In this document: in pieces, positions 1 through 8,964 of the stretch
Numbering within the stretch: the first letter of the stretch is position 1
Layout: each line of letters begins with the position of its first letter
Source: Candidatus Moraniibacteriota bacterium
Lineage (GTDB): Bacteria; Patescibacteriota; Minisyncoccia; Moranbacterales; UBA1568
NCBI GenBank assembly: GCA_017983435.1
Contig: JAGOBM010000002.1
Coordinates: 33,414 to 97,413 of the forward strand
Direction: 5' to 3'
DNA length: 64,000 bases
Made by a program: the position numbers and the translations under genes
The notes under the pieces: generated by a model
Seen by the model: the letters and a program-made list of their open reading frames with translations, nothing else
What the model was told of the DNA's origin: nothing
The model's database searches: none

Positions 1-480
1 GCACGCACCCTCCGTGAGCCGTTCGAGCGGGCCCGCCAGTCCATCGCGCATGCTGCAGTGCTTATCGGTGAGCGATCCGATCGTCTGCTCGCCGGACAGC
101 GCGCCGAGATTGAGCGCGCCGAGCGGATACTCTCGTTGGTCTTCCCGAAACTCAGGGAACGTTTCATCCGAGCCGAGCAGGAGCTCTTCCGGTCGACTGA
201 GCGGATCCGTTTTGCTCTGCTCCAGTCGGCTGAGCAGTGCGTTGAGTCAGAAAGGCTTTTTTTGAGCGGTTTTTCTGGTATCCTGGAGAGGTTCAAGCAG
301 TCGCTCTCGCATGTGGACGAGAAGCTACGAGAGTACGATCCGCATCGGGCGCTCAGTCTCGGGTATGCGTTGGTCCGGTCGGGAGGGGCGCTTATCCGGA
401 GCGTGGCTCAGGTCAAAGCCGGCGATCATCTCTCGCTCCAGGTACGGGATGGGACGATTGAGGCAGAGGTGAAAGGCTGA
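1..480 (+). CDS. xseA: Exodeoxyribonuclease VII large subunit, C-terminal fragment (continues upstream of the window)
   Basis: Frame 1 is open from base 1. The C-terminal sequence ...SLGYALVRSGGALIRSVAQVKAGDHLSLQVRDGTIEAEV is typical of an XseA C-terminus, and xseB lies directly downstream. Confidence 0.75.
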   Translation, partial: ARTLREPFERARQSIAHAAVLIGERSDRLLAGQRAEIERAERILSLVFPKLRERFIRAEQELFRSTERIRFALLQSAEQCVESERLFLSGFSGILERFKQSLSHVDEKLREYDPHRALSLGYALVRSGGALIRSVAQVKAGDHLSLQVRDGTIEAEVKG

Positions 481-642
481 TGGTTTTTGAGTGGGTGCTT
501 CCCCGGGAAACGAAAGCAGATTTTTTCCTCGCTGTACGCTCGGAAGCGTAGTGCATCAGAAAAAACCTCTTTCGCTTCCCGGTGAGCGCAGGCAAATCTG
601 TTTCGCATCTGGGGAACATTATTCGAGGTGAGAGCATAATTA

Positions 643-861
643 TTGAAGAAGAGAAACTCTATGAAAAAAGGATCGCTGGCGGAATCGCTCAAGAAGCTCG
701 AGGGGATCACGGACTGGTTTGAGAATCAGGAAACGATCGATGTCGAACAGGCGCTCGAGAAAGTGAAGGAGGGTGTTGCACTCATCAAGGAGAGCAAGCT
801 GCGCCTCAAGGAAGTCGAGAACGAGTTCGAAGTCGTGAAGAAAGAGCTGGGGAAGGAGTAG
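643..861 (+). CDS. xseB: Exodeoxyribonuclease VII small subunit
   Basis: A 72-aa helical protein, LEGITDWFENQETIDVEQALEKVKEGVALIKESKLRLKEVENE, matches the XseB helix-turn-helix consensus. It follows xseA; an alternative start is at 661. Confidence 0.8.
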   Translation: MKKRNSMKKGSLAESLKKLEGITDWFENQETIDVEQALEKVKEGVALIKESKLRLKEVENEFEVVKKELGKE

Positions 862-929
862 GTTGGCAAAAATATGCTTGTGTGATAACTTGGAAATCAA
901 GTTCTTTCTAGATTTTTTTGAGAGTGTAT

Positions 930-1011
930 CTTCAGGGTACAAAAGGAATTTTCCTGCTGCCCCAGGACTTCCGAGGCGATAGCAAGGGAAAAGTTCTTTT
1001 GTACCCTGAAG
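930..1011 (+). ncRNA. Conserved stem-loop element, copy 1 of 3 (candidate structured RNA with a conserved roughly 35-nt loop CCUGCUGCCCCAGGACUUCCGAGGCGAUAGCAAGGGAAAA)
   Basis: A perfect 16-bp outer stem, CTTCAGGGTACAAAAG / CTTTTGTACCCTGAAG, encloses a loop nearly identical to those at 23424-23510 and 54783-54866. It lies between xseB and korA. Confidence 0.45.
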
Positions 1012-1492
1012 AATAGGATAGGCAATCGAGGGCGATAGTTGGGTCGGGCACGCGGTGTCTTTCAGTGATGAAGGAATCCGAGTGCCCGATCGAAGGAATC
1101 AAGACGATTCTGTCGTGCAGAGAGGGTACGCCGTTCTATCTCACGAGGAGATTGACATGAAACATCCGGCTTTTGCTTGCCCCCGCGCCAGTCCTTGCGC
1201 TTCCGACCAAAGTTGGGCCCAGATCGGCGATACCGTCGCCTGTACCGGTCCGCCTGCTAGTTTCCAGCAGAAAAACGGCGCCGACGTCGGTCCCGGTATC
1301 TGATCGCAAGGACGATCTCGTATCCGGACGCTCTCAACTCGCAGCACCCCTCCCTCGCCGCCTTCACTGAAGGCTCGCGATGGAGGGTTTTTCTTTGCTC
1401 GTATCTGGATTCCAGGAGTGGCGCGTTGTGATATACTGGAGAAAAGATCACATGTCCAAAAAACAGGACGAACAATAAAAATAAAGATTTAT

Positions 1493-3193
1493 ATGAAGCG
1501 TTTTTCAGGAGATATTTCTATCGTGCTCGGGGGTGCGGCGGGACAGGGGATACAGACGGTCGAAGCGATGCTCGTATCGGTGCTGAAGGCCGAAGGATAT
1601 CGGATTTTTGCCTGCAAAGAGTACATGTCACGCATCCGCGGGGGATCCAATTCGACCGAGATCCGCATCGGCCGCGGCAATCCGCTCGCGTATGTCGAGC
1701 GTATCGATTTTCTGCTCGCGCTCGATCAGGGTGTCATCCCGCATTTGAGAGAGCGTATCGGCAAGCAGACGATCATACTCGGGGAGAAGGACAAGGTGCA
1801 GCACGAGGGCGCGCATATCATCGATCTGCCGTTTACCAAGCTTTCAGCTGAACTCGGCAATCCGATTTTTGCTTCGACCATCGCGGTCGGCGCGGTACTC
1901 GGCATGCTCGGCGCGGAGCGGAAGCCATTTGAAGACTATCTGCGGGCGCATTTTGCTCGCAAAGGGGAAGACGTGGTGAAGAAGAACCTCGAGGCGGCTG
2001 CCAAAGGTATGGACTTCGGGAGCCATATTGCCTTTATGGAAGGGTTTGAAGTGAACCTCCAGAAAGATGAGACAGTCCGCGAGGAGCTCTTGCTCGATGG
2101 CAATACCGCTCTCGGTCTCGGAGCGATCGCGGCGGGGTGTGATTTTGCCTCATCGTATCCGATGTCTCCCGGGACCGGTGTACTGACCTATCTGGCGAGC
2201 CAGGCGCAGAAGTTCGGTATCGTCATCGATCAGGCGGAAGATGAGATCGCGGCGATCAATATTGCGATCGGTGCCTGGTATGCCGGTGCACGAGCACTCG
2301 TGACGACATCCGGCGGCGGATTCGCCCTCATGTGCGAAGGAGTGAGTCTCGCGGGCATGATTGAGACGCCCGTCGTGGTCCATATCGGACAGCGTCCAGG
2401 CCCGGCGACGGGACTCCCGACGCGTACCGAGCAGGCCGATCTCAATCTCGTGCTCTATGCCGGGCATGGCGAGTTTCCGCGGGCGATATTCGCTCCGGGT
2501 ACTCCTGCACAGGCGTTTCATGCGATGCAGCAGGCTTTCGAGGCGGCGGATGCGTATCAGATCCCGGTCTTCGTCTTGTCGGATCAGTATATGCTCGATT
2601 CCATATCGACTCTTCCGAAGGAAGATCTGGAATGTCTACCGGTAATCAAACACGTCGTCGAGACCGATGCTGCCTATCGCCGCTATGTCGTGACGGAAGA
2701 CGGAATATCGCCCCGTGGTATCCCGGGTTTCGGCCAGGGGATGGTCGGAGTCGATAGCGATGAACACGATGAGGAGGCCCATATCACCGAAAGCGCTCTG
2801 GTCCGCATCGCGATGCATGAGAAGCGTCTCCGGAAGCTCGATCTGATGAAGGAGTCCGCGCTCATGCCGGAGGAGATCGAAGCGGTAAAGGGTGCCAAGA
2901 CGCTTATCGTCACCTGGGGATCGAATCGGGGTATCCTCGAAGAGGCACTCGGCACAATCAAAGATGAGTCCGTGGCCGGCCTCCATTTCTGCCAGGTCTA
3001 CCCGCTCAATCCGAAAGCGAAGAAACTGTTTTCGAAGAAGAGAATCATTGTGATGGAGAACAACGCAGCGGGACAATTCGCCGATCTCTTGGAGCGCGAT
3101 CTCGATATCGAGGTCAGCGAGCGGATCCTGAAATATGACGGATCGCCGTATTCGGTGGAGGAGACGGTGGAGAGGCTGAAACAGCTATTGTAA
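1493..3193 (+). CDS. korA: 2-oxoacid:ferredoxin oxidoreductase, fused gamma/alpha subunit (KorA/OorA-like)
   Basis: An N-terminal gamma domain (GGAAGQGIQT...RGGSNSTEIRIG) is followed by an alpha domain (YPMSPGTGVL...TTSGGGFALM). The start was chosen at the internal ATG at 1493 because the upstream extension of the ORF is not conserved. Confidence 0.85.
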   Translation: MKRFSGDISIVLGGAAGQGIQTVEAMLVSVLKAEGYRIFACKEYMSRIRGGSNSTEIRIGRGNPLAYVERIDFLLALDQGVIPHLRERIGKQTIILGEKDKVQHEGAHIIDLPFTKLSAELGNPIFASTIAVGAVLGMLGAERKPFEDYLRAHFARKGEDVVKKNLEAAAKGMDFGSHIAFMEGFEVNLQKDETVREELLLDGNTALGLGAIAAGCDFASSYPMSPGTGVLTYLASQAQKFGIVIDQAEDEIAAINIAIGAWYAGARALVTTSGGGFALMCEGVSLAGMIETPVVVHIGQRPGPATGLPTRTEQADLNLVLYAGHGEFPRAIFAPGTPAQAFHAMQQAFEAADAYQIPVFVLSDQYMLDSISTLPKEDLECLPVIKHVVETDAAYRRYVVTEDGISPRGIPGFGQGMVGVDSDEHDEEAHITESALVRIAMHEKRLRKLDLMKESALMPEEIEAVKGAKTLIVTWGSNRGILEEALGTIKDESVAGLHFCQVYPLNPKAKKLFSKKRIIVMENNAAGQFADLLERDLDIEVSERILKYDGSPYSVEETVERLKQLL

Positions 3194-3210
3194 ATTCAAA
3201 ATTCAAAATG

Positions 3211-3630
3211 ACAAGCTCCAAATAAATCCAAATGATTCAAATTCAAAAAACAAAAATATACGATTTGGAGGAACGGACATTAGAGTATGGGAAGAGAATT
3301 ATTCATTTAAGCAGGAGTCTTCCAAAGGATGTAGCTAACGATACTATTAGCGGGCAGCTCATGCGTTCAGGGACTTCATTAGGCGCTAATTATAGAGAAG
3401 CTAATGAAACAGTAACCAAAAAAGATTTTTCTTTTCGGATGCGTATTTGTCGTAAAGAAGCAAAGGAAACGGTGTATTGGCTGCAGTTGGTGGTAGAAGC
3501 AAATCCAGATCTGGACAAGAGGGTTTCTCCGTTACTTCAAGAAACGAGGGAGTTGGTAAAAATATTCGCAGCCATTATTGAAAAATCTAAATAATTTGAT
3601 ATTTGAATTTGTAATTTATTTGGAGCTTGT
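3211..3630. mobile_element. AT-rich cassette bounded by a perfect 17-bp inverted repeat (ACAAGCTCCAAATAAAT at 3211-3227; ATTTATTTGGAGCTTGT at 3614-3630) and carrying a four-helix-bundle gene
   Basis: The inverted repeat was read directly from the sequence, and the arms extend further with imperfect matches. GC falls sharply relative to the flanking korA and korB. Confidence 0.6.
3232..3594 (+). CDS. Four-helix-bundle protein (TIGR02436, the family of 23S rRNA intervening-sequence proteins)
   Basis: YDLEERTLEYGKRIIHLSRSLPKD...SGQLMRSGTSLGANYREANE...KDFSFRMRICRKEAKETVYWLQLV matches the family signature. Confidence 0.8.
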   Translation: MIQIQKTKIYDLEERTLEYGKRIIHLSRSLPKDVANDTISGQLMRSGTSLGANYREANETVTKKDFSFRMRICRKEAKETVYWLQLVVEANPDLDKRVSPLLQETRELVKIFAAIIEKSK

Positions 3631-3656
3631 AATTTTTGATTTTAGATTTAAAACGT

Positions 3657-4520
3657 ATGATCGACAAAAAGCTCTATGATATGCCGCATGGTACGGATAT
3701 CGCTTGGTGCCAGGCCTGCGGGAACTTCCCTATCCTGACTATCGTGAAGAGCGCGCTTGCGGAGCTCGATATCCTGCCTGGATCCGTCGTCATGACTTCC
3801 GGTATCGGACAGGCTGCCAAGACCCCGCACTATCTGCACCTCAATTATTTCAACGGTCTGCATGGCCGGGCGCTCGGACCGGCGATGGCGATCAAGGCGG
3901 CGAGCCCGCAGCTGACGGTTATCGCCGAGAGCGGAGACGGCGATACCTACGGTGAGGGAGGCAATCATTTCATGCACACTATCCGCCGCAATCCGGATAT
4001 CACGAATATCGTTCACAACAACATGATCTACGGTTTGACCAAGGGGCAGGCATCGCCGACCTCAGAGAAGGGCCTGGTGACGCCGCTTCAGCCGGGAGGG
4101 GTGATTCTGGAGCCGTTCAATCCGATTCCGGTCGCGCTCTCACTCGGGGCGACCTTCGTCGCGCGTGCCTATGCGGGCAATATCCCGCAGGCGGTCGCGA
4201 TCGTGAAGGAAGCGATACAGCATAAGGGGTATGCACTCGTCGATATTTTCCAGCCCTGCGTCGTCTTCAACAAGCAGAATACCTATCAGTGGTTCATGGA
4301 ACACACCTATCTGCTCGGAGAAGAGCATGATGCGACCGATCGCGCCCTGGCCTGGAAGCTTGGTATGGATCAGGATCGGCTCGCACTCGGCGTCATCTAT
4401 CGGGAGACGGGACGACCGACCTATGAGGCACAGGTCCGTACGGGATCGGATATGCTGTTTGGACGCGAGCGCGATACCGCGCAGGTCCGGGCCCTGGTCG
4501 ATTCGTATACGAAGAAGTGA
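3657..4520 (+). CDS. korB: 2-oxoacid:ferredoxin oxidoreductase beta subunit (TPP-binding)
   Basis: CQACGNFPIL...SGIGQAAKTPHYL...GDGDTYGEGGNHF is a TPP/PFOR beta-domain pattern. The ORF begins with TTG at 3636, and the first ATG is at 3657. Confidence 0.85.
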   Translation: MIDKKLYDMPHGTDIAWCQACGNFPILTIVKSALAELDILPGSVVMTSGIGQAAKTPHYLHLNYFNGLHGRALGPAMAIKAASPQLTVIAESGDGDTYGEGGNHFMHTIRRNPDITNIVHNNMIYGLTKGQASPTSEKGLVTPLQPGGVILEPFNPIPVALSLGATFVARAYAGNIPQAVAIVKEAIQHKGYALVDIFQPCVVFNKQNTYQWFMEHTYLLGEEHDATDRALAWKLGMDQDRLALGVIYRETGRPTYEAQVRTGSDMLFGRERDTAQVRALVDSYTKK

Positions 4521-4540
4521 TAACGATTTCGAATGAATTA

Positions 4541-4568
4541 AAAAAACCGCCGAAAATGGCGGTTTTTT
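4541..4568. terminator. Bidirectional rho-independent terminator
   Basis: AAAAAACCGCCGAAAATGGCGGTTTTTT forms an 11-bp perfect stem with an A tract on one side and a T tract on the other. It sits between the convergent korB and sufT. Confidence 0.8.
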
Positions 4569-4599
4569 GCTAATAAGCTCAACAGCTAAAGGTCTGCCC

Positions 4600-4917
4600 T
4601 TAATCCCAGCCGAGACGGATCTTGGCATCCTCATTCATTTTCTCCGGGGTCCAGGGCGGATCGAAGACGAGATCGATTTTGGCTTCTTCCACACCGTCGA
4701 TTTCCATGAGGCGATCCTCGATGTCTTTCTGTATGACCGGAAACAAAGGGCAGCCGATCGTGGTGAGAGTCATGGTGATGAGCGCGATGCCTTCCTGGGA
4801 TATCGCGATACCATAGACGAGTCCGAGATCCCAGATGGAAACACCGAGCTCAGGATCCATGACCTGTTTGAGCTTCTCTTGGATCGCGATTTTGAGTTGT
4901 GATGGAGTGTGGGGCAT
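4600..4917 (-). CDS. sufT: SUF-associated DUF59/MIP18-family FeS assembly protein (SufT-like)
   Basis: PSQLKIAIQEKLKQVMDPELGVSIWDLGLVYGIAI...TMTLTTIGCPL is the DUF59 fold signature. It is the last gene of the suf operon; the start was taken at the internal Met (MPHTPS). Confidence 0.7.
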   Translation of the reverse strand: MPHTPSQLKIAIQEKLKQVMDPELGVSIWDLGLVYGIAISQEGIALITMTLTTIGCPLFPVIQKDIEDRLMEIDGVEEAKIDLVFDPPWTPEKMNEDAKIRLGWD

Positions 4918-4929
4918 ACAAAGATAGGG

Positions 4930-5038
4930 AGAATATGGAATAGAGTATAGAGAATAAAGGTTTCTGAAACAATAACCCTCCATTGCGGAGGATTATTGTT
5001 TTTCTTTTCTGTATTCCTTATTCTACATTCTCTATTCT
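4930..5038. repeat. GAATA-rich inverted-repeat element (arms 4930-4956 and 5012-5038) flanking a CCTCC-ATTGC-GGAGG hairpin
   Basis: The arms AGAATATGGAATAGAGTATAGAGAATA and TATTCCTTATTCTACATTCTCTATTCT belong to the same family as elements at eight other loci listed in the findings. It is intercistronic between fdx and sufT. Confidence 0.6.
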
Positions 5039-5044
5039 AGAGAA

Positions 5045-5314
5045 CTATTCTGGGAAAATCTGCTTGCCGGTCTCATCCTTGATGATGATGGCGGCGACCG
5101 GACAGGCCTTGGCGGCGTTCAGAATCGTATCATTATCGTCTTCATCAGCGGTCGAGAGGATGGCGGCCTTTCCGTTCTCGTCGAGAGCAAAGGCTTTCAT
5201 CGCGATCGCGGTACACGGGGCGGCTCCGATGCAGACATTCGATTCAACTTCGACGGTCCAGCCATTCGCGAGCTTTACCGGGCCGTAGGGGCGGGCTTCA
5301 TCTTTCCAAGCCAT
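5045..5314 (-). CDS. fdx: Ferredoxin (small 4Fe-4S/3Fe-4S type)
   Basis: It is 89 aa with CIGAAPC...CP cysteine spacing. It sits inside the suf operon. Confidence 0.7.
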   Translation of the reverse strand: MAWKDEARPYGPVKLANGWTVEVESNVCIGAAPCTAIAMKAFALDENGKAAILSTADEDDNDTILNAAKACPVAAIIIKDETGKQIFPE

Positions 5315-5315
5315 A

Positions 5316-5684
5316 CTATTCTTGTTTACTGTTTACTGCTTTGCTGAATGTTTCCAGGGAGAGGAGGGCACACTTCAAGCGATTCGGAGAGAGCGAGACT
5401 CCTAGTAGAGCGAGGAGACCGTCTGTGTCGAAAGTGCTGGCTTCCGCAATCGTCTTTCCTTTCACGAATTCGGAGAGGAGCGACGCGCTCGCCTGTGAAA
5501 TAGCGCATCCTGAACCGGAAAACTTCACATCGGCAATAATACCATTTTTCACGGAAAGCTGCATCTCAAGCCGATCACCGCAGGTCGGATTGTTGGCCGC
5601 AGCCCGGTGCGTCGGCGCCTTCAGCACGCCCTGATTGCGAGGGTTGCGATAGTGGTCGAGGATGAGGTCTTGGTACAGGCTCAT
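5316..5684 (-). CDS. sufU: SUF FeS cluster scaffold/sulfur-transfer protein SufU (NifU/IscU-like)
   Basis: NPTCGDRLEM...FSGSGCAISQAS...RLKCALL shows the three conserved Cys of SufU/IscU. Confidence 0.8.
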   Translation of the reverse strand: MSLYQDLILDHYRNPRNQGVLKAPTHRAAANNPTCGDRLEMQLSVKNGIIADVKFSGSGCAISQASASLLSEFVKGKTIAEASTFDTDGLLALLGVSLSPNRLKCALLSLETFSKAVNSKQE

Positions 5685-5690
5685 ACAGAT

Positions 5691-6944
5691 TTATGCTAAG
5701 AGGGTGAGTGCTTTTTTGGCAGCTTCGATGAATCGATCGATATCTCCTTCCGTCGTGTATATCCCGAAACTGATACGGGCCGTGGACGTGATATCGAGTC
5801 TGCGGTGGAGCGGACTGGCGCAGTGTTCGCCGGCGCGGATACAGATAGACTGTTCACCGAGCAGATGCGCGAGGTCGTGTGGGTGGATGCCCTTGAGAGC
5901 AAAGGCGATAAGTCCGCTCCGTCGCTCAGGCGATGATGGTCCCAGGATGCGGATGGCATCCCCGAAAGTCTCGGTCAGGCGCGTGAGAGCCGAGCGGATG
6001 AGCGATGCTTCATGAGCACGGATGGCTTCCACCCCGATCGTTTCGAGGAAGTCGAGGGCGGCACCCCAGCCGATGACGCCGGAGATATTCGGCGTGCCAG
6101 CTTCAAAGCGGTAGGGAATGTCTTTGTACTTCCTGGGAGCAGAACAAGCCCGCCCGTTTTCTGATGGCGGACAAGCATCCAATACCATACCGCCGCCGAA
6201 AGTCAGGGGGGGCAGAGTCTCGAGGAGTGAGGCTCGGCCATAGAGAATACCGACGCCGGTCGGGCCATACAGTTTGTGCGCCGAGAAGGCGACAAAATCC
6301 GCGTTCCACTCGGCGACATCGATGGGGATATGGAGAGCGGCTTGGGCGGCATCGATCACGGTGAGGGTGTCTCTGTTTTTTGCTCGAACCGCCTGGATGA
6401 TATCCGTCACGGGATTGATCCCGCCGAAGACATTGGAAACAGCGGAGAAAGCGACCAGCACCGTCCGAGCATCCACGAGTGTAGCCATAGCGACTGGTTC
6501 GATGAGACCATCGGCATCAAACGGGACGATACGAAGCTCGATGTCCTTGGCTTCCGCGAGCTCGACCCAGGGGAGAAAGTTGGCATGGTGCTCAGCGTCG
6601 GTGATGACGATATTGTCTCCTGCTCGGAGTCGGGGGGCGATCCAGGTGGCGACCATATTGAGAGCCTGAGTCGTGTTTTGGGTGAAGATGATTTCTCTCG
6701 GGGTGGCTCCGATGAAACGAGCTGTCCGCTCCCGGACTGCTTCGAACGCTTCGGTGGCTTGCTCGGCGATCGGATAGAGGCCGCGGCCGATATTGGCCGA
6801 ATATTCCTCTTCATAGGCCCGTTCGGCCGTGATGACGCAGTCCGGTTTCAGGCTGGTCGCTGCCGAATCGAGGTATGCGAGCTCGGGGTGATGGGAGAAT
6901 ATCGGGAAATATTCCCGGATATCCGCTGGGAGAACACGGTTCAT
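5691..6944 (-). CDS. sufS: Cysteine desulfurase SufS (PLP-dependent class V aminotransferase)
   Basis: SAHKLYGPTGVGILYG contains the PLP-Lys motif, and RAGEHCASPL contains the active-site Cys. It overlaps sufD by ATGA. Confidence 0.9.
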   Translation of the reverse strand: MNRVLPADIREYFPIFSHHPELAYLDSAATSLKPDCVITAERAYEEEYSANIGRGLYPIAEQATEAFEAVRERTARFIGATPREIIFTQNTTQALNMVATWIAPRLRAGDNIVITDAEHHANFLPWVELAEAKDIELRIVPFDADGLIEPVAMATLVDARTVLVAFSAVSNVFGGINPVTDIIQAVRAKNRDTLTVIDAAQAALHIPIDVAEWNADFVAFSAHKLYGPTGVGILYGRASLLETLPPLTFGGGMVLDACPPSENGRACSAPRKYKDIPYRFEAGTPNISGVIGWGAALDFLETIGVEAIRAHEASLIRSALTRLTETFGDAIRILGPSSPERRSGLIAFALKGIHPHDLAHLLGEQSICIRAGEHCASPLHRRLDITSTARISFGIYTTEGDIDRFIEAAKKALTLLA

Positions 6945-7537
6945 AGGCGGGAAGAAAAGGTATGAAGGATATCCGGCAAGACACAGTCCGTACCGGTATG
7001 CCGGGTGATGCTCTCCGTCAGGTGACTGACGAATCCTTGGGCGATCGCCGCTTCGGCTTGCGTTCGGGTGAGTCCGCGGCTTTCCAGAAAAAAAATCTGT
7101 TCCGGATCGGGGGCGCTCATCGTGGCAGCGTGACCGCAGCGGACGTCGTCTTGTTCGATCTCGAGCGCGGGGAGAGAGCGTGCTTCGACATTCGGAGAGA
7201 GGAGGAGGTGCTTCATCTCCTGATGAGCATCGGAGCGGACAGCGGATCGTTTGATCGAGAGTAGTCCTTGCCAGTCGCAGCCGGTCTGGCTTGCGAGGAG
7301 GCTCCGCCCGGTGAAGGACGAGCGCGTATCGGCTCCGCTATGGATCTGCGATATCCGGCTTTCGATGCGGCTGCCGCCATCAGGCAGAAACAGCGCGATG
7401 ATATGCGCTTCCGATCGATCGCCCTCGAGCTCAAAAGCGATATCGCCGGACCGATTGAACAGAAAGAACACGCACTGCTCATTTTCCTTGAGCGTGTAGC
7501 GTTTTTTCTGGTCGTGAGAGATATCGATGAAGCGCAT
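6941..7537 (-). CDS. sufD: FeS assembly protein SufD (short form)
   Basis: It has a SufBD-domain C-terminal pattern (CGHAATMSAPDPEQIFFLESRGL) at 198 aa. It lies between sufB and sufS. Confidence 0.7.
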   Translation of the reverse strand: MRFIDISHDQKKRYTLKENEQCVFFLFNRSGDIAFELEGDRSEAHIIALFLPDGGSRIESRISQIHSGADTRSSFTGRSLLASQTGCDWQGLLSIKRSAVRSDAHQEMKHLLLSPNVEARSLPALEIEQDDVRCGHAATMSAPDPEQIFFLESRGLTRTQAEAAIAQGFVSHLTESITRHTGTDCVLPDILHTFSSRL

Positions 7538-7554
7538 AAATAATGTCTGAATTT

Positions 7555-8964
7555 CTATCCTACACTGCCTTCCATCTCGAGGTTGATCAGCCGGTTGAGC
7601 TCGATGGAGTATTCGAGAGGGATCTCTTTGACAACGGGTTCGAGAAAGCCGTTGACAAGGAGTCCTTCGGCATCGGACTGTTTCAGTCCGCGGGACATAA
7701 GGTAGAAGAGCTTTTCGGCAGAGATCTTCTCGACGGTGGCTTCGTGTTCGACTCGGGCGGTCGGTTCATTGACCCGCATGGTCGGATAGGTATCGGAGCG
7801 CGACTCTGGATCGAGGATGAGCGCATCGCAGACGACGGAGGTCTTGGCTCCCCGGGCGCCCTTGCCGATGTGGACGATGCCGCGGTAGGAAGTGCGCCCG
7901 CCGTCCTTGCTGATGGATTTGGAAATGATGCGCGATGTCGTCTCGGGAGCGAGGTGAATCATCTTGGCGCCGGCATCCTGGTGCTGATGCGCTCCGGCAT
8001 AGGCGATGGAGAGGACTTCGCCATGCGCGCCTCGGCCGGCCAGGTAGACCGCCGGATACTTCATCGTGACGCCGGATCCGATATTGCAGTCGATCCATTC
8101 CATGGAAGCGTTTTCTTCGGCTCTGGCCCGTTTGGTGACGAGATTGTAGATATTCTTCGACCAGTTCTGCACGGTGGTGTAGCGGACGCGAGCGTTTTTC
8201 TTGACGAAGATCTCGACGACCGCCGAATGGAGCGAGCTGGTCCGGTAGATAGGCGCGGTGCAGCCTTCGACATAGTGCACGGAACTGCCTTCGTCGGCGA
8301 TGATGAGCGTGCGTTCGAATTGCCCGAAGGCCTCCGAGTTGATACGGAAGTAGGCCTGGAGCGGCAGATCAACTTTGACTCCTTTCGGTACGTAGACGAA
8401 TGAACCACCTGACCAGACGGCCGAGTTGAGCGCGGCGAATTTGTTGTCGTGCGGCGGAATGAGTGTGCCGAAGTATTCTCGGACCAGTTTCGGATATTTC
8501 CGGACCGCCGTATCCATATCGCAGAAGATGACACCTTTGGCAGAGAGCGTCTTTTCGATGCTCTCGTAGACGACCTCGCTCTCGTATTGGGCGGAGACAC
8601 CGGCAAGGAATTTCCGTTCCGCCTCGGGGACACCGATACGATCGTAGGTCTCTTTGATTTCATCTGGGAGCTCTTCCCAGGTCTTCGATTGGGCATCAGT
8701 CGCCCGGAGATAGTAGGTGATTGCGTCGAAATCGATGGCGGACAAATCAGCGCCCCATGAGGGAAGAGGCATGCCGACGAAGCGCTCGTAGGCCTTGAGA
8801 CGGAAATTTTTCATCCAGGCCTTCTCATCTTTGATTTGGGAAATCTCCGCAACGATATCAGCGGAAAGCCCTGTGCCGGTCTTGCGGACTGATCGTTCAG
8901 GCATGGCAAAGCCGAAGCGGTAATCGCCGAGGTCTACGTTCTTGGTTGGTTTATGCTTTGACAT
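7555..8964 (-). CDS. sufB: FeS assembly protein SufB
   Basis: It is 469 aa with conserved SufB blocks ([20 protein letters not shown]...; ...[11 protein letters not shown]...). Confidence 0.9.
   Translation of the reverse strand: MSKHKPTKNVDLGDYRFGFAMPERSVRKTGTGLSADIVAEISQIKDEKAWMKNFRLKAYERFVGMPLPSWGADLSAIDFDAITYYLRATDAQSKTWEELPDEIKETYDRIGVPEAERKFLAGVSAQYESEVVYESIEKTLSAKGVIFCDMDTAVRKYPKLVREYFGTLIPPHDNKFAALNSAVWSGGSFVYVPKGVKVDLPLQAYFRINSEAFGQFERTLIIADEGSSVHYVEGCTAPIYRTSSLHSAVVEIFVKKNARVRYTTVQNWSKNIYNLVTKRARAEENASMEWIDCNIGSGVTMKYPAVYLAGRGAHGEVLSIAYAGAHQHQDAGAKMIHLAPETTSRIISKSISKDGGRTSYRGIVHIGKGARGAKTSVVCDALILDPESRSDTYPTMRVNEPTARVEHEATVEKISAEKLFYLMSRGLKQSDAEGLLVNGFLEPVVKEIPLEYSIELNRLINLEMEGSVG

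Noticed and set aside
1055-1475. Overlapping small ORFs upstream of korA (1055-1303 +, 1141-1347 -, 1173-1370 +, 1257-1475 -)
   Set aside because: They overlap one another in a GC-rich intergenic stretch, have Pro/Arg/Ala-rich translations and no RBS. They are treated as the korA promoter and leader.
7543-8403. 286-aa plus-strand ORF
   Set aside because: It is antisense to sufB, with a Gly/Asp/Arg-rich low-complexity translation.
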